64,000 bases of DNA from Pristiophorus japonicus (lineage: Eukaryota), in the NCBI RefSeq assembly GCF_044704955.1, contig NC_091979.1, positions 317,254,001-317,318,000 on the forward strand. Direction: 5' to 3'. The notes under the pieces were generated by a model that was not told the DNA's origin, searched no databases, and saw only the letters and a list, made by a program, of their open reading frames with translations. Positions 1-11,500 of the stretch are shown here, one piece after another. The stretch's first letter is position 1; each line of letters begins with the position of its first letter. Position numbers and translations under genes: made by a program.

Positions 1-875
1 GGGGATCGGCCGGTGGCGAGGAGTGAAGGATCGGCCGGCGGTGAGGAGCGGAGAATCGGCGGCCAGCGAGGAGCGGAGGATCGGCCGGTGGCGAGGAGAG
101 AAGGATCGGCCGGCGGTGAGGAGCGGAGGATTGGCCGGCGGTGAGGAGCGGAGGATCGGCCGGTGGTGAGGAGCAGGGGATCGGCCGGCGGTGAGGAGCG
201 AAGGATTGGCCGGCGGTGAGGAGCGGAGGATCGGCCGGCGGTGAGGAGCAGGGGATCGGCCGGCGGTGAGGAGCGGAGGATTGGCCGGCGGTGAGGAGCG
301 GAGGATTGGCCGGCGGTGAGGAGCGGGGGATCGGCCGGCGGTGAGGAGCGGAGGATTGGCCGGTGGTGAGGAGCGGGGGATCGGCCGGCGGTGAGAAGTG
401 AAGGATTGGCCGGCGGTGAGGAGCGGAGAATTGGCCGGCGGTGAGGAGCGGGGGATCGGCCGGCGGTGAGGAGCGGAGGATTGGCCGGTGGTGAGGAGCG
501 GGGGATCGGCCGGCGGTGAGGAGCGGAGGATTGGCCGGCGGTAAGGAGCGGAGGATCGGCCGGCGGTGAGGAGCGGAGGATTGGCCGGCGGTGAGGAGCG
601 GAGGATCGGCCGGCGGTGAGGAGCGGAGGATTGGCCGGCGGTGAGGAGCGGGGGATTGGCCGGAGGTGAGGAGCGGAGGATTGGCCGGTGGTGAGGAGCG
701 GAGGATTGGCCGGCGGTGAGGAGCGGGGGATTGGCCGGCGGTGAGGAGCGGAGGATTGGCCGGCGGTGAGGAGCGGGGGATTGGCCGGCGGTGAGGAGCG
801 GAGGATTGGCCGGCGGTGAGGAGCGGGGGATCGGCCGGTGGTGAGGAGTGGAGGATTGGCCGATGGCGAGGAGCG
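1..875. repeat. GC-rich minisatellite, 25-bp unit (GAGGAGCGGAGGATTGGCCGGCGGT), truncated by window start
   Basis: Tandem periodicity read directly from the sequence. Confidence 0.95.
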
Positions 876-1264
876 CCAACAGCGGATTTCAGACGTTGTA
901 CCTGTACTAATAAACAAAAGGATTCAAAGAAAATGTTAAAAACACACCATTTATTTCATGTCCCCGTGAATGTTCTCCCTAGTTGCTCACAGCAGTGTGC
1001 TGGAGATTAACCTTCAATACAGACAGACTCCAGGGCAATCTGTTTGACTGATGTGGCTGTCATGGTTGAATAGCTAGCAGTGTGTGCAAGCTGTGAGATG
1101 TGAGTGTGAGGCTTGCGGCAGTGTGAAGTATGTGAGGGTGAGGTGAAGCTATGTCAGGTATGAAGCCTGACTGAGAGAGATTGTTGGGAGGTGAGTGATG
1201 GGGATGTGGTGAATTGAGCAGTGTGTGTGGCTCCTGTTGCAGTTGGGAAGACATGGCATTTGAG

Positions 1265-1490
1265 GTTGCATTCACTGACCTTGACCACTCATTTGAGGTC
1301 ACTGAACTTCTTGCGGCACTGTATGCAGGTCCTCGGGGCTTGACTCCGGGCACTGACCACCACGGCTATCTGCTTCCACTTCCTTTTGACCGTGTGTCTG
1401 GAGGGCTGCCTTCCCCCCTGTGGATTCAGGACATCGCGCCTCCTTTCCACATCCTCCATCAAGGCCTTCAGTGCAACGTCCCAATAACTT
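1265..1490 (-). mobile_element. PIF/Harbinger Myb/SANT-like gene remnant
   Basis: Minus-strand translation DVALKALMEDVERRRDVL...KRKWKQIAVVVSARSQAPRTCIQCRKKFSDLK* fits the Myb-like DNA-binding protein of Harbinger elements. It has an in-frame stop and is followed by a GTCAGT donor. Confidence 0.65.
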
Positions 1491-3303
1491 GGAGCCCACT
1501 AGCTCCCCTGTTGTGCCTTTCCTCTTTCCCAGGTCAGAATCTCTTCAACCACGACCCCCAGCACCTGCTCCAGCCACAATGCAGCACCCCTTTAAGAGGT
1601 GCCGGTTGGCGCAGCACCAAGTTGGCGTGCTGCCTGCATTTCAATCAACGGGCGTGGGTTAATCACGCTTCATGATCTCTGATCCCGTCTTCAGGGCGAT
1701 CCAGTTTAGCCCCTCAGGTGACTGTGTATCATCTCCAATACCTTAAGTTCAGTTTCCAGCATTGCACGGACCTGAGAAAACCTCCACAGAAAGGCTGATT
1801 CTGGTGCTGTTTCAAGGAGGTGATTTTCCATTCGGTGTAAATATGGTGTGAGGCATCTGCACCTCTCCCAATGTTAGGTTCTTCCACTGTCCAATTCCAC
1901 GGAACTTTCCCAACCATTCCTCCCTAACCTTTCTCTAATAGCATTATGGCTACAGTTAGCAGTGTAAGGGTCATGTGTCACTCCACAATCAACAGCTGTT
2001 CAGTTTACTGCCTGTGTTAAAGGCTGGTCTGAATGTTCCTTACAGAGCTGGTACAGTTCACCATCACAAAGTATGGACTATGAGTGACACTTACTGTCAG
2101 CATTAGCGCAGATCAATGACACAAATAAAATCGTAACTACAGTTTATTTTTATTGGTTATTTTAACACTCAGTCTCTGATATTACAGCAAATTAACATTT
2201 CTGCTGGGAAAAGCTATCTCTGCAACTATAAAGCTTTATTATTTTTTAACCATTTTAATCTATTACTTTATCATTTATCCATAAGTCACGCGGTAGAAAT
2301 TAACCGCTTCCATTGAAGAGGCTGGAAATCAGGGAGCTGTGGGCGGCTCATTTCCCGGAGAGAGAGAACATAATCTTTATTCAGGCGTGATACCGACCAT
2401 CCCGGACAAAGCGGGGAAATCGGTGGGGACTGTACTCACAAATACTGAAGCAAAAGGCTGCTTCGAATAAAAATATTAACAGTATATATTAAATAAGGTA
2501 AGTCGGATGAGTATGCTGCCAAACTTGTTCATTGATCAGAGAGCATCACAGCATCTTTCAAACACTGGGGTAGAGTCTCTGCTAATTTGTGATAGTTTTA
2601 TCAGCACAATCCAGTGAAAACTGCTCAACCAGCGCAAAAGATCACGGGAACTCGAGCATGATTTACATCAAGTGTAAATCAAGTATTCCGTCATCTTTAA
2701 CGCTGGTTTAAAAATCTACAAAACTGGCCCGGCCCACAGATAGAAATAACGAGGATGGCGAGTTTCCACCGATTGCGCCCGTTCGAGGAAGGTTTTCAAA
2801 TTAAACTAATTGTCTTAGGCACCAGGCACTAGTCGGCATGATTTAAAAGTTTTACATATTAAACATACTTTATTGACTTACAAACTGACTAGTGTATAAC
2901 AATAAAACTAATAAATGGCTCAGTATAGTTTTCTTTTCAGACATTTCAGTTATCTTAAATCAGGTTTCCCACAGGTGAAAGGCTGGGCACTTCTATTAAA
3001 AATGCTTATTTTTTGTCATAATCAAACTCCAAGGCCTTTTCAAAGCATTCAATAGCTTCGCACTTCTCCCCATCCAGCTGGTGTAGTAACCCAGGAACAC
3101 CAAAGGCCTTGCTGTCTCTGGGATTCCTGTCAATTTGTTTTGATACAATCTTTCTCAAATTTTCGTGACACAATTGCCAACCTTTTGTGCCTTGTTCAAT
3201 TGTAAATCCTTCCAGAAAATGGATGATAGCATTTGATTCAGATTCTTTCTAGTGCAGTTCAAAAAACCCAATCTGCAAAGACACTGCCTGCTGTTTATCA
3301 GGA

Positions 3304-4398
3304 CATAATAACATAAGAACATAAGAAATAGGAGCAGGAGTAGGCCACCTGGCCCCATGAACCTGCTCCGCCATTTAATATTAAGGCTGATCTGATAATG
3401 GACTCAGCTCCACATCCCTGACCACTCCCCATAACTCCTTGTTCCCTTATCGCTCAAAAATCTGTCTATCTCCACCTTAAATATATTCAATGACCCAGCC
3501 TCCACAGTGCTCTGGGGCAGAGAATTCCATAGATTTACAACCCTCTGAGAGAAGAAATTCCTCCTCAACTCAGTTTTAAATGGGTGGCCCCTTATTGTGA
3601 GACTATGTGCCCTAGTTTTAGTTTCCCCTATGAGTGGAAATATCCTCGCTGCATCCACCTTGTCAAGCCCCCTAATTATCTTATATGTTTCGATAAGATA
3701 CCTCTCATTCTTCTGAACTCCAATGAGTATTGGCCCAACTTACTCAACCTACCTCCATAAGTCAACCCCCTCAACTGCGGAATCAACCAAATGAACCTTC
3801 TCTGAACAGCCTCCAATGCAAGTATATCCTTCCTTAAATATGGAAGCCAAAATTGTACGCAGTACTCGATAGGTTGGCCTCACCAATATCCTGTACAGTT
3901 GTAGCAGGACTTTGCTGCTTTTATACTCTATCCCCCTTGCAATAAAGGCCAACATTCCATTTGCCTTCCTGATTACTTGCATACTAACTTTTTGTGTTTC
4001 ATGCACAAGGACCCCCAGTTCCCTCTGTACAGCAGCACTTTGCAATTTTTTTTCATTTAAATTATAATTTGCTTTTCTATTTTTTCTGCCAAAGTGGATA
4101 ACCTCACATTTTCCCACATTATACTATATCTGCCAAATGTTTGCCTGTCTATATCGCTTTGCAGATTTTTTGTGTCCTCACTATTTGCTTTCCTGGCCAT
4201 CTTTGTATCATCAGCAAACTTGGCTACATTACACTCGGTCCCTTCATCCAAGTCGTTAATATAGATTGTAAATACTTGAGGCCGCAGCAACGATCCCTGC
4301 GGCACCCCACTCGTTATTGTTTGCCAACCAGAAAATTACCCATTTATCCCAACTCTCTGTTTTTGTTCGTCAGCCAATCCTCTATCCATGCCAACATG
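3304..4398 (-). mobile_element. CR1 LINE, 3' part of ORF2 (RT) and 3' tail
   Basis: PQGSLL...YINDLD...KFADDTK and RRNFFSQRVVNLWNSLP motifs; ACATAAGA-type tail repeats at 3304-3328. Confidence 0.92.
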
Positions 4399-5807
4399 CT
4401 AGTTGGATCCAAAATTGGTTCAGAGGTAAGAAGCAGAGGGTAATGGTTGATGGATGTTTTTGTGACTGGAAGGATGTTTCCAGTGGAGTCCGCAGGGCTC
4501 AGTACTGGGTCCCTTGCTTTTTGTGGTATACATCAATGATCTAGATTTGATTATAGGGAGTATGATTAAGAAGTTTGCAGATGACACTAAAATTGGCTGT
4601 GTGGTCGTTAATGAAGCAGAAAGTCATGGGCTGCAGGAGGATATCAATCTACTGGTCAGGTGAGCAGAGCAGTGGCAAATGGAATTTAATTTGGAGAAGT
4701 GTGAGGTAATGCACTTTGAGAGGGCTAATAAGGAAAGGATATACACATTAAGCGGTAGACCATGGAAAAGATGAATAAAGGGATCTTGGAGTGCTTGTCC
4801 ACAGATCCCTGAAAGTAAGGTGGATAAGGTGGTGAAGAAGGCATACGGAATGGTTGCCTTTCTTGGCTGAGGCACATAATACAAGAGCAGGGAGGTTATG
4901 CTTAAAATGTATAATACTTTGGTTAGGCCACAGCTGGAGTACTGCGTGCAGTTCTGGTCACCGTATTATAGGAAGGACGTGATTGCAATAGAGAGGGTGC
5001 AGAGGAGATTTGCTAGGATGCTGCCTGGAATGGAGAAACTTAGCTATGCGGATAGATTGGATAGGCTGGGTTTGTTCTCATTGGAACAGAGGAGGTTGAG
5101 AGGAGACCTCATTGAGGTGTACAAACTTTTGAGGGGCCTGGATATAGTGGATAGCAAGGGCCTATTTCCCTTGGTGGTGGGTTCAATTATGAGGGGGCAT
5201 AGTTTTAAGGTGGTTGGTGGAAGGTTCAGAGGGGATTTGAGGGGTGGCTTTTTCAAGCAGAGGGTTGTGGGGGTCTGGAACTTAGTGCCTGGAAGGGTGG
5301 TGGATGTAGAAACCCTCAACGCATTTAAAAGGTGCTTGGATGTGCACTTAAAGTGCCGCAATCTGCAGGGTTACACGGACCTAAAGCTGGTAAGTGGAAT
5401 TAGACTGGATAACCTGTTGGCAGGCACAGCTATGATGGTAAGTACTGCAGGGAATCGAATATATCCAGGGTGATCTCCTGGACGAGTTTCGATTACTTGG
5501 ATGGGTTGGAGAGGAATGTTCCGAGATATTTTTTCCCCAATTGACCTGGGTTTTTATCTGTTTTTTGCCTTTCCCAGGAGATCACATGGCTCCGGTTGGG
5601 GAGGAGTGTAGAATGTTTCGGTGCAAGGGGTGTCGCATTTGTGTGGGGCTGACTGGTTGGGCTGGGTGCTCTTTACCTTTCTGCCATTGTTCATTGATCA
5701 TACGTTTATATGTAACTTTCAGGGCTGCTGACTGAGGGCCGTATGTTTCTTTGTCGGCCGGTGTGGACACGATGGGCCGAAATGGCCTCCTTCTGCGTTG
5801 TAGATTT
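4399..5807 (+). mobile_element. CR1 LINE (different subfamily), 3' part of ORF2 and 3' UTR
   Basis: WIQNWF...QRV, KFADDTK, LVRPQLEYCVQFWSP, RRLRGDLIEVYK; 3' UTR ends ...gggccgaaatggcctccttctgcg. Confidence 0.92.
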
Positions 5808-7100
5808 GCAATTGTGCAAAAATAAATGATGGCTTCTGCTCAAATGCCTTTTCAAAATAGTACTTGCATTGATTGATCAACTCAGCTTTCTGTTGAAAAG
5901 CAGGATTGCGAGGGGCTTTGCTGCCTGGATTTTTGTTCAGTTCAAATAGTTTTTTTCTGTAACACTGACCTATTTGGTGGTGTATGAAGGTAGAGTTTGG
6001 GGTAATTTCTAATGCTTTCTTCAACAGCTCCACAGCTTTTTCCACATCTCCTCTTCTGTAAAATTTTGCTGCATAACGAGTTACATATGGAAGATCAGGG
6101 GACTTCTGCAATGCTTGTTCAACTAATTCGTGTTCTTCCACCTTTTGATTGAACTCTTGTAGTTTTAGAGCCAACAGCACCATGGCTACAGAGTCATCTG
6201 GATCAAGTCCCCACACGTCGCAACTGCTTCACTGATTGGCTGCGGTCACCACTCTCTGGGGTACGAGAAAACGTGTCCACACGAAACAGAACAGTCGCAT
6301 AGCCAACGTTCCATTCAGTGTCATCAGGATCATCCTCCAGAGTCTTCTCAAAACATTCCTTTGCCTCTTCATAGTATTGAGCAGCAGAATTCAACAGTGA
6401 CCAACCCTTCTCCCCGTATACTTCTGGTCTCAGTGCTGTATACCGAGTAAATTGTTTACAGATCATCTCCAGCTTGTCGAGGTAGGACTGGGCCTCTGTC
6501 AGTTGGCCCATGTGATAATATACCCAGGCATAGTTTCCATAGGTGATGATGCTTCTTCTTTCAAATTCATGTTCATGATTCTCCCTCAGAATCTTTTCAG
6601 CTTCCTTTAAGTTTTGAATTGCCCCTTTGAATTGCCTTGCAGACAGTTTACAAATGCGAGGTGGTTGTCAGACCTGGCCTGATAATTCACACCAGCCTGT
6701 ATTAAATCTTGTAATCTATACTTCATGTCGTCCAAGTCAATGCTGTCTCTCTGTGGGCCCCACGTGAAGTGACATTGAAGCTGGCTGAGTTTTGCTTTCA
6801 AGCAATCATTCAGTGTGTTGCTGTAGGAGAACAAAATAATCAAAGCCCATCTTATGTGTATCTAACTTACATTTTTAGCTCATATATAATCAACATAGCA
6901 ATGCTGGTAAAGTCAGAATAGCAGAACAGATGAGCAGCTCAGTGCACATGGGCCCGGAACACTTCCCTACAGCCTCACTGCCTGGCATCCCTCAGTTCGG
7001 GGGAAACCCATTGGAATCCTGTAATGGTCCCGGAGGCAATAACAAATGAACAATTGGCTCATGAGTGTCAGCAGAAATCCACGGTCATCCTTAATATGAT

Positions 7101-7465
7101 CATAGGTAGGAACATAGGAACATGTTCCACCATTCAATTTATCATGGCTGAACTGTATCACAACTCCATCTACCCACCCTGGTTCTGTAACCCTTAATAC
7201 CCTTGCCTAACAAAATTCTATCATCTCAGTTTTGACATTTTTAATTGGCCTAACCTCGACAGCTTATTAGGGGAGAGAGTTCCAGATTTCCACTACCCTT
7301 TGTGTGAAGAAGAGCTGTCTGACATCACCCCTGAATGGCTGAGCTCAAATTTCACTTTCATGCCCCCTTGTTCTGGCCTCCCCCACCAGAGGAAATCGTT
7401 TCTCTCGATCGACCCGGTCAAATCCTTTAATCATATCAAACATCTCAATTAGATCATCCCTTAAC
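7101..7465 (-). mobile_element. CR1 LINE 3' end fragment
   Basis: LRDDLIEMFDMIKGFDRVDREKRFPLVGEARTRGH; cataggaac-type tail. Confidence 0.8.
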
Positions 7466-7479
7466 ACTGGGGAAAGCAG

Positions 7480-7945
7480 GCTCGGGGAATGGGAGACTGG
7501 GGAATGGGGGCTCGGGGATAGAGAGACTGGGGAATGTGGGCTCGGGGAGAGGGAGACTGGGGAATGGGGGCTCGGGGAGAGGGTGACTGGGAAATGGGGA
7601 CTCGGGGAGAGGGAAACTGGGGAATGGGGGCTCGGGGAGAGGGAGACTGGGGAATGGGGGCTCGGGGAGAGGGAGACTGGGGAATGGGAGCTCGGGGAGA
7701 GGGAGACTGGGGAATGGGGGCTTGGGGAAAGGGAGACTGAGGAATGGGGGCTCGGGGAGAGGGAGACTGGGGAATGGGGGCTCGGGGAGAGGGAGTCTGG
7801 GGAATGGGGGCTCGGGGAGAGGGAGACTGGGGAATGGGGGCTCGGGGAGACTGGGGAATGGGGCCTCAGAGAGATGGAGACTGGGGAATGGGGGCTCGGG
7901 GAGAGGGGGAATGGGGGCTCGGGGAGAGGGAGACTGGGGAATGGG
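7480..7945 (+). repeat. G-rich 30-bp minisatellite (GGGGAGAGGGAGACTGGGGAATGGGGGCTC), array 1
   Basis: Tandem units read directly; four G-tracts per unit. Confidence 0.95.
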
Positions 7946-8097
7946 TCAGGGGGGATCATGGTGAGGCCAGGCGGGAGGTAGAAGAGGCCAGGTTGAGTGT
8001 AATTTATTCTGTGGTGGCCTGGAGGAGCTGGACTGATCCCTGGGCTCCAGACAAGGTCACTGGGCCTCTCCAGCCCTGGCCTTCTCTCACACACCAC

Positions 8098-8240
8098 AGC
8101 AACTCCCTTCAGCCCCCTCCCAGCAGATCCTTTCAGTCCCCTCCCTGCAGATCCCTTCAGCCCCCTCCCAGCAGATCCCTTCAGCCCCCTCCCAGCAGAT
8201 CCCTTCAGTCCCCTCGCAGCAGATCCCTTGAACCCCTCAG
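8098..8240. repeat. 24-bp tandem repeat (CAGCAGATCCCTTCAGCCCCCTCC), about 5-6 copies
   Basis: Direct reading. Confidence 0.85.
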
Positions 8241-8356
8241 GAGATCGAGCTGCCGGGGGTGGGCAGAGCTTTCGGGGGGTTGGGAGTCGGGAAGTTGGGT
8301 TTGGAGGGTGGTGGGAGAACTCGGGACCGGGAGAGGCGGGGATTATCTTTAACCTA

Positions 8357-8552
8357 CCCGGCAACTGATGATGCAGCTCGCAGTATTTGTCTGATTGGAT
8401 AGTTCAATGTTTGGAAAGTTTATTTCGGCACCAACACAAACTCTCCCCGTGTCTTTTCTACCCGGAGCTTGCTGACTCACAGCCTGTTTTTATTGTAATT
8501 GGAGACAAATATACCCTCGAACCAATCAGTTCGGAGGAGTCTGAGTGTAAAA
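8357..8552 (+). promoter_or_regulatory. Putative MHC promoter: two X1/X2-Y modules, CCAAT box and TATA-like element
   Basis: CCCGGCAACTGATG (8357-8370), 20 nt, then CTGATTGG (8391-8398). Second module CCCGGAGCTTGCTGACTCA (8461-8479) with ATTGG at 8498; both have 37 nt from CCCGG to ATTGG. CCAATCAG at 8522-8529, TGTAAAA at 8546-8552. Confidence 0.72.
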
Positions 8553-8586
8553 CACTCTGCACTGGGCAAAGCGCACGAACAGATAG

Positions 8587-11500
8587 CACAGAGAGACAGT
8601 CCCAGAGACACAGTATCAGCACAGGGCACAGAGAGACAGTCCCAGAGACACAGTATCAGCACAGGGCACCGAGACAGTCCCAGAGACACAGTATCAGCAC
8701 AGGGCACAGAGAGACAGTCCCAGAGACACAGTATCAGCACAGGGCACAGAGAGACAGTCCCAGAGACACAGTATCAGCATAGGGCACAGCGAGCCAGTCC
8801 CAGAGACACAGTATCAGCACAGGGCACAGAGAGACAGTCCCAGAGACACAGTATCAGCACAGGGCACAGAGACAGTCCCAGAGACACAGTATCAGCACAG
8901 GGCACAGAGAGACAGTCCCAGAGACACAGTATCAGCACAGGGCACAGAGAGACAGTCCCAGAGACACAGTATCAGCACAGGGCACAGAGAGACAGTCCCA
9001 GAGACACAGTATCAGCACAGGGCACAGAGAGACAGTCCCAGAGACACAGTATCAGCACAGGGCACAGAGAGACAGTCCCAGAGACACAGTATCAGCACAG
9101 GGCACCGAGAGACAGTCCCGGAGACACAGTATCAGCACAGGGCAGAGAGAGACAGTCCCAGAGACACAGTATCAGCACAGGGCACAGAGAGACAGTCCCA
9201 GAGACACAGTATCAGCACAGGGCACCGAGAGACAGTCCCGGAGACACAGTATCAGCACAGGGCACAGAGAGACAGTCCCAGAGAGAGAGTATCAGCACAG
9301 GGCACAGAGACAGTCCCAGAGACACAATATCAGCACAGGGCACAGAGAGACAGTCCCAGAGACACAGTATCAGCACAGGGCACAGAGAGACAGTCCCAGA
9401 GACACAGTATCAGCACAGGGCACAGAGACAGTCCCAGAGACACAGTATCAGCACAGGGCACAGAGAGACAGTCCCAGAGACACAGTATCAGCACAGGGCA
9501 CAGAGAGACAGTCCCAGAGACACAGTATCAGCACAGGGCACAGAGAGACAGTCCCAGAGACACAGTATCAGCACAGGGCACAGAGAGACAGTCCCAGAGA
9601 CACAGTATCAGCACAGGGCACAGAGAGACAGTCCCAGAGACACAGTATCAGCACAGGGCACCGAGAGACAGTCCCGGAGACACAGTATCAGCACAGGGCA
9701 CAGAGAGACAGTCCCAGAGAGAGAGTATCAGCACAGGGCACAGAGACAGTCCCAGAGACACAATATCAGCACAGGGCACAGAGAGACAGTCCCAGAGACA
9801 CAGTATCAGCACAGGGCACAGAGAGACAGTCCCAGAGACACAGTATCAGCACAGGGCACAGAGAGACAGTCCCAGAGACACAGTATCAGCACAGAGCACA
9901 GAGAAACAGTCCCAGAGACACAGTATCAGCACAGGGCACAGAGTGACAGTCCCAGAGACACAGTATCAGCACAGGGCACAGAGACAGTCCCAGGGACATA
10001 GTATCAGCACAGGGCACAGAGAGACAGTCCCGGAGACACAGTTTCAGCACAGGCACAGAGAGTCAGTCCCAGAGACACAGTATCAGCATAGGGCACAGAG
10101 AGACAGTCCCGGAGACACAGTATCAGCATAGGGCACAGAGAGACAGTCCCGGAGACACAGTACCAGCACAGGGCACAGAGACAGTCCCAGAGACACAGTA
10201 TCGACACAGGGCACAGAGAGACAATCCCAGAGACACAGTATCAGCACAGGGCATAGAGACAGTCCCAGAGACACAGTATCAGCACAGGGCACAGAGACAG
10301 TCCCAGAGACACAGTATCAGCACAGGGCACAGAGAGACAGTCCCAGAGACACAGTATCAGCACAGGGCACAGAGAGACAGTCCCAGAGACACAGTATCAG
10401 CACAGGGCACAGAGAGACAGTCCCAGAGACACAGTATCAGCACAGGGCACCGAGAGACAGTCCCGGAGACACAGTATCAGCACAGGGCACAGAGAGACAG
10501 TCCCAGAGACAGAGTATCAGCACAGGGCACAGAGAGACAGTCCCAGAGACAGAGTATCAGCACAGGGCACAGAGACAGTCCCAGAGACACAATATCAGCA
10601 CAGGGCACAGAGAGACAGTCCCAGAGACACAGTATCAGCAAAGGGCACAGAGAGACAGTCCCAGAGACACAGTATCAGCACAGGGCACAGAGAGACAGTC
10701 CCAGAGACACAGTATCAGCATAGGGCACAGAGAGACAGTCCCAGAGACACAGTATCAGCACAGGGCACAGAGAGACAGTCCCGGAGACACAGTATCAGCA
10801 CAGGCACAGAGAGTCAGTCCCAGAGACACAGTATCAGCATAGGGCACAGAGAGACAGTCCCGGAGACACAGTATCAGCATAGGGCACAGAGAGACAGTCC
10901 CAGAGACACAATATCAGCACAGGGCACAGAGAGACAATCCCAGAGACACAGTATCAGCACAGGGCACAGAGAGACAGTCCCAGAGACACAGTATCAGCAC
11001 AGAGCACAGAGAGACAGTCCCAGAGACACAGTATCAGCACAGGGCACAGAGAGACAGTCCCAGAGACACAGTATCAGCACAGGGCACAGAGACAGTCCCA
11101 GGGACATAGTATCAGCACAGGGCACAGAGAGACAGTCCCGGAGACACAGTATCAGCACAGGCACAGAGATTCAGTCCCAGAGACACAGTATCAGCATAGG
11201 GCACAGAGACAGTCCCAGAGACACAGTATCGACACAGGGCACAGAGAGACAATCCCAGAGACACAGTATCAGCACAGGGCATAGAGACAGTCCCAGAGAC
11301 ACAGTATCAGCACAGGGCACAGAGAGACAGTCCCAGAGACAGAGTATCAGCACAGGGCACAGAGACAGTCCCAGAGACACAGTATCAGCACAGGGCACAG
11401 AGAGACAGTCCCAGAGACACAGTATCAGCACAGGGCACAGAGAGACAGTCCCAGAGACACAGTATCAGCACAGGGCACAGAGAGACAGTCCCAGAGACAC

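Larger units (their letters stand above)
3006..6820 (-). pseudogene. IFIT: IFIT pseudogene 1 (main exon), split by two CR1 insertions at 3304-5807
   Basis: Acceptor ttgttctcctacag| at 6821. Pieces LQCHFTWGPQ (6607-6820), GEKGWSLL (6203-6511), VTRYAAKFYR/HHQIG (5810-6216) and C-terminal LHQLDGEKCEAIECFEKALEFD (3006-3303) all match the intact gene. Frameshifts near 6625 and 6210, in-frame stops in the 3' piece, about 30 codons missing at the CR1 site. Exon 1 not found. Confidence 0.93.

Noticed and set aside
1725-1900. Sequence similar to about 40400-40545, whose neighbour 40230-40400 resembles 27290-27620 inverted
   Set aside because: Looks like fragments of an old dispersed repeat with no coding or locus-specific signal.
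2290-2503. GAS-like TTCCCGGAG and a perfect AAG|GTAAGT donor
   Set aside because: No downstream exon or ORF can be linked to it; could be chance.
7345-8364. Gly/Pro/Ser-rich ORFs over the 30-bp arrays (also 14425-15293 and 32400-33433) and the 23-bp arrays (29713-31750)
   Set aside because: Open in several frames on both strands because of repeat composition.
8499-10001. 500-aa ORF and other ORFs in the 40-bp array
   Set aside because: Non-ATG start and pure repeat translation; open only because the unit lacks stops.
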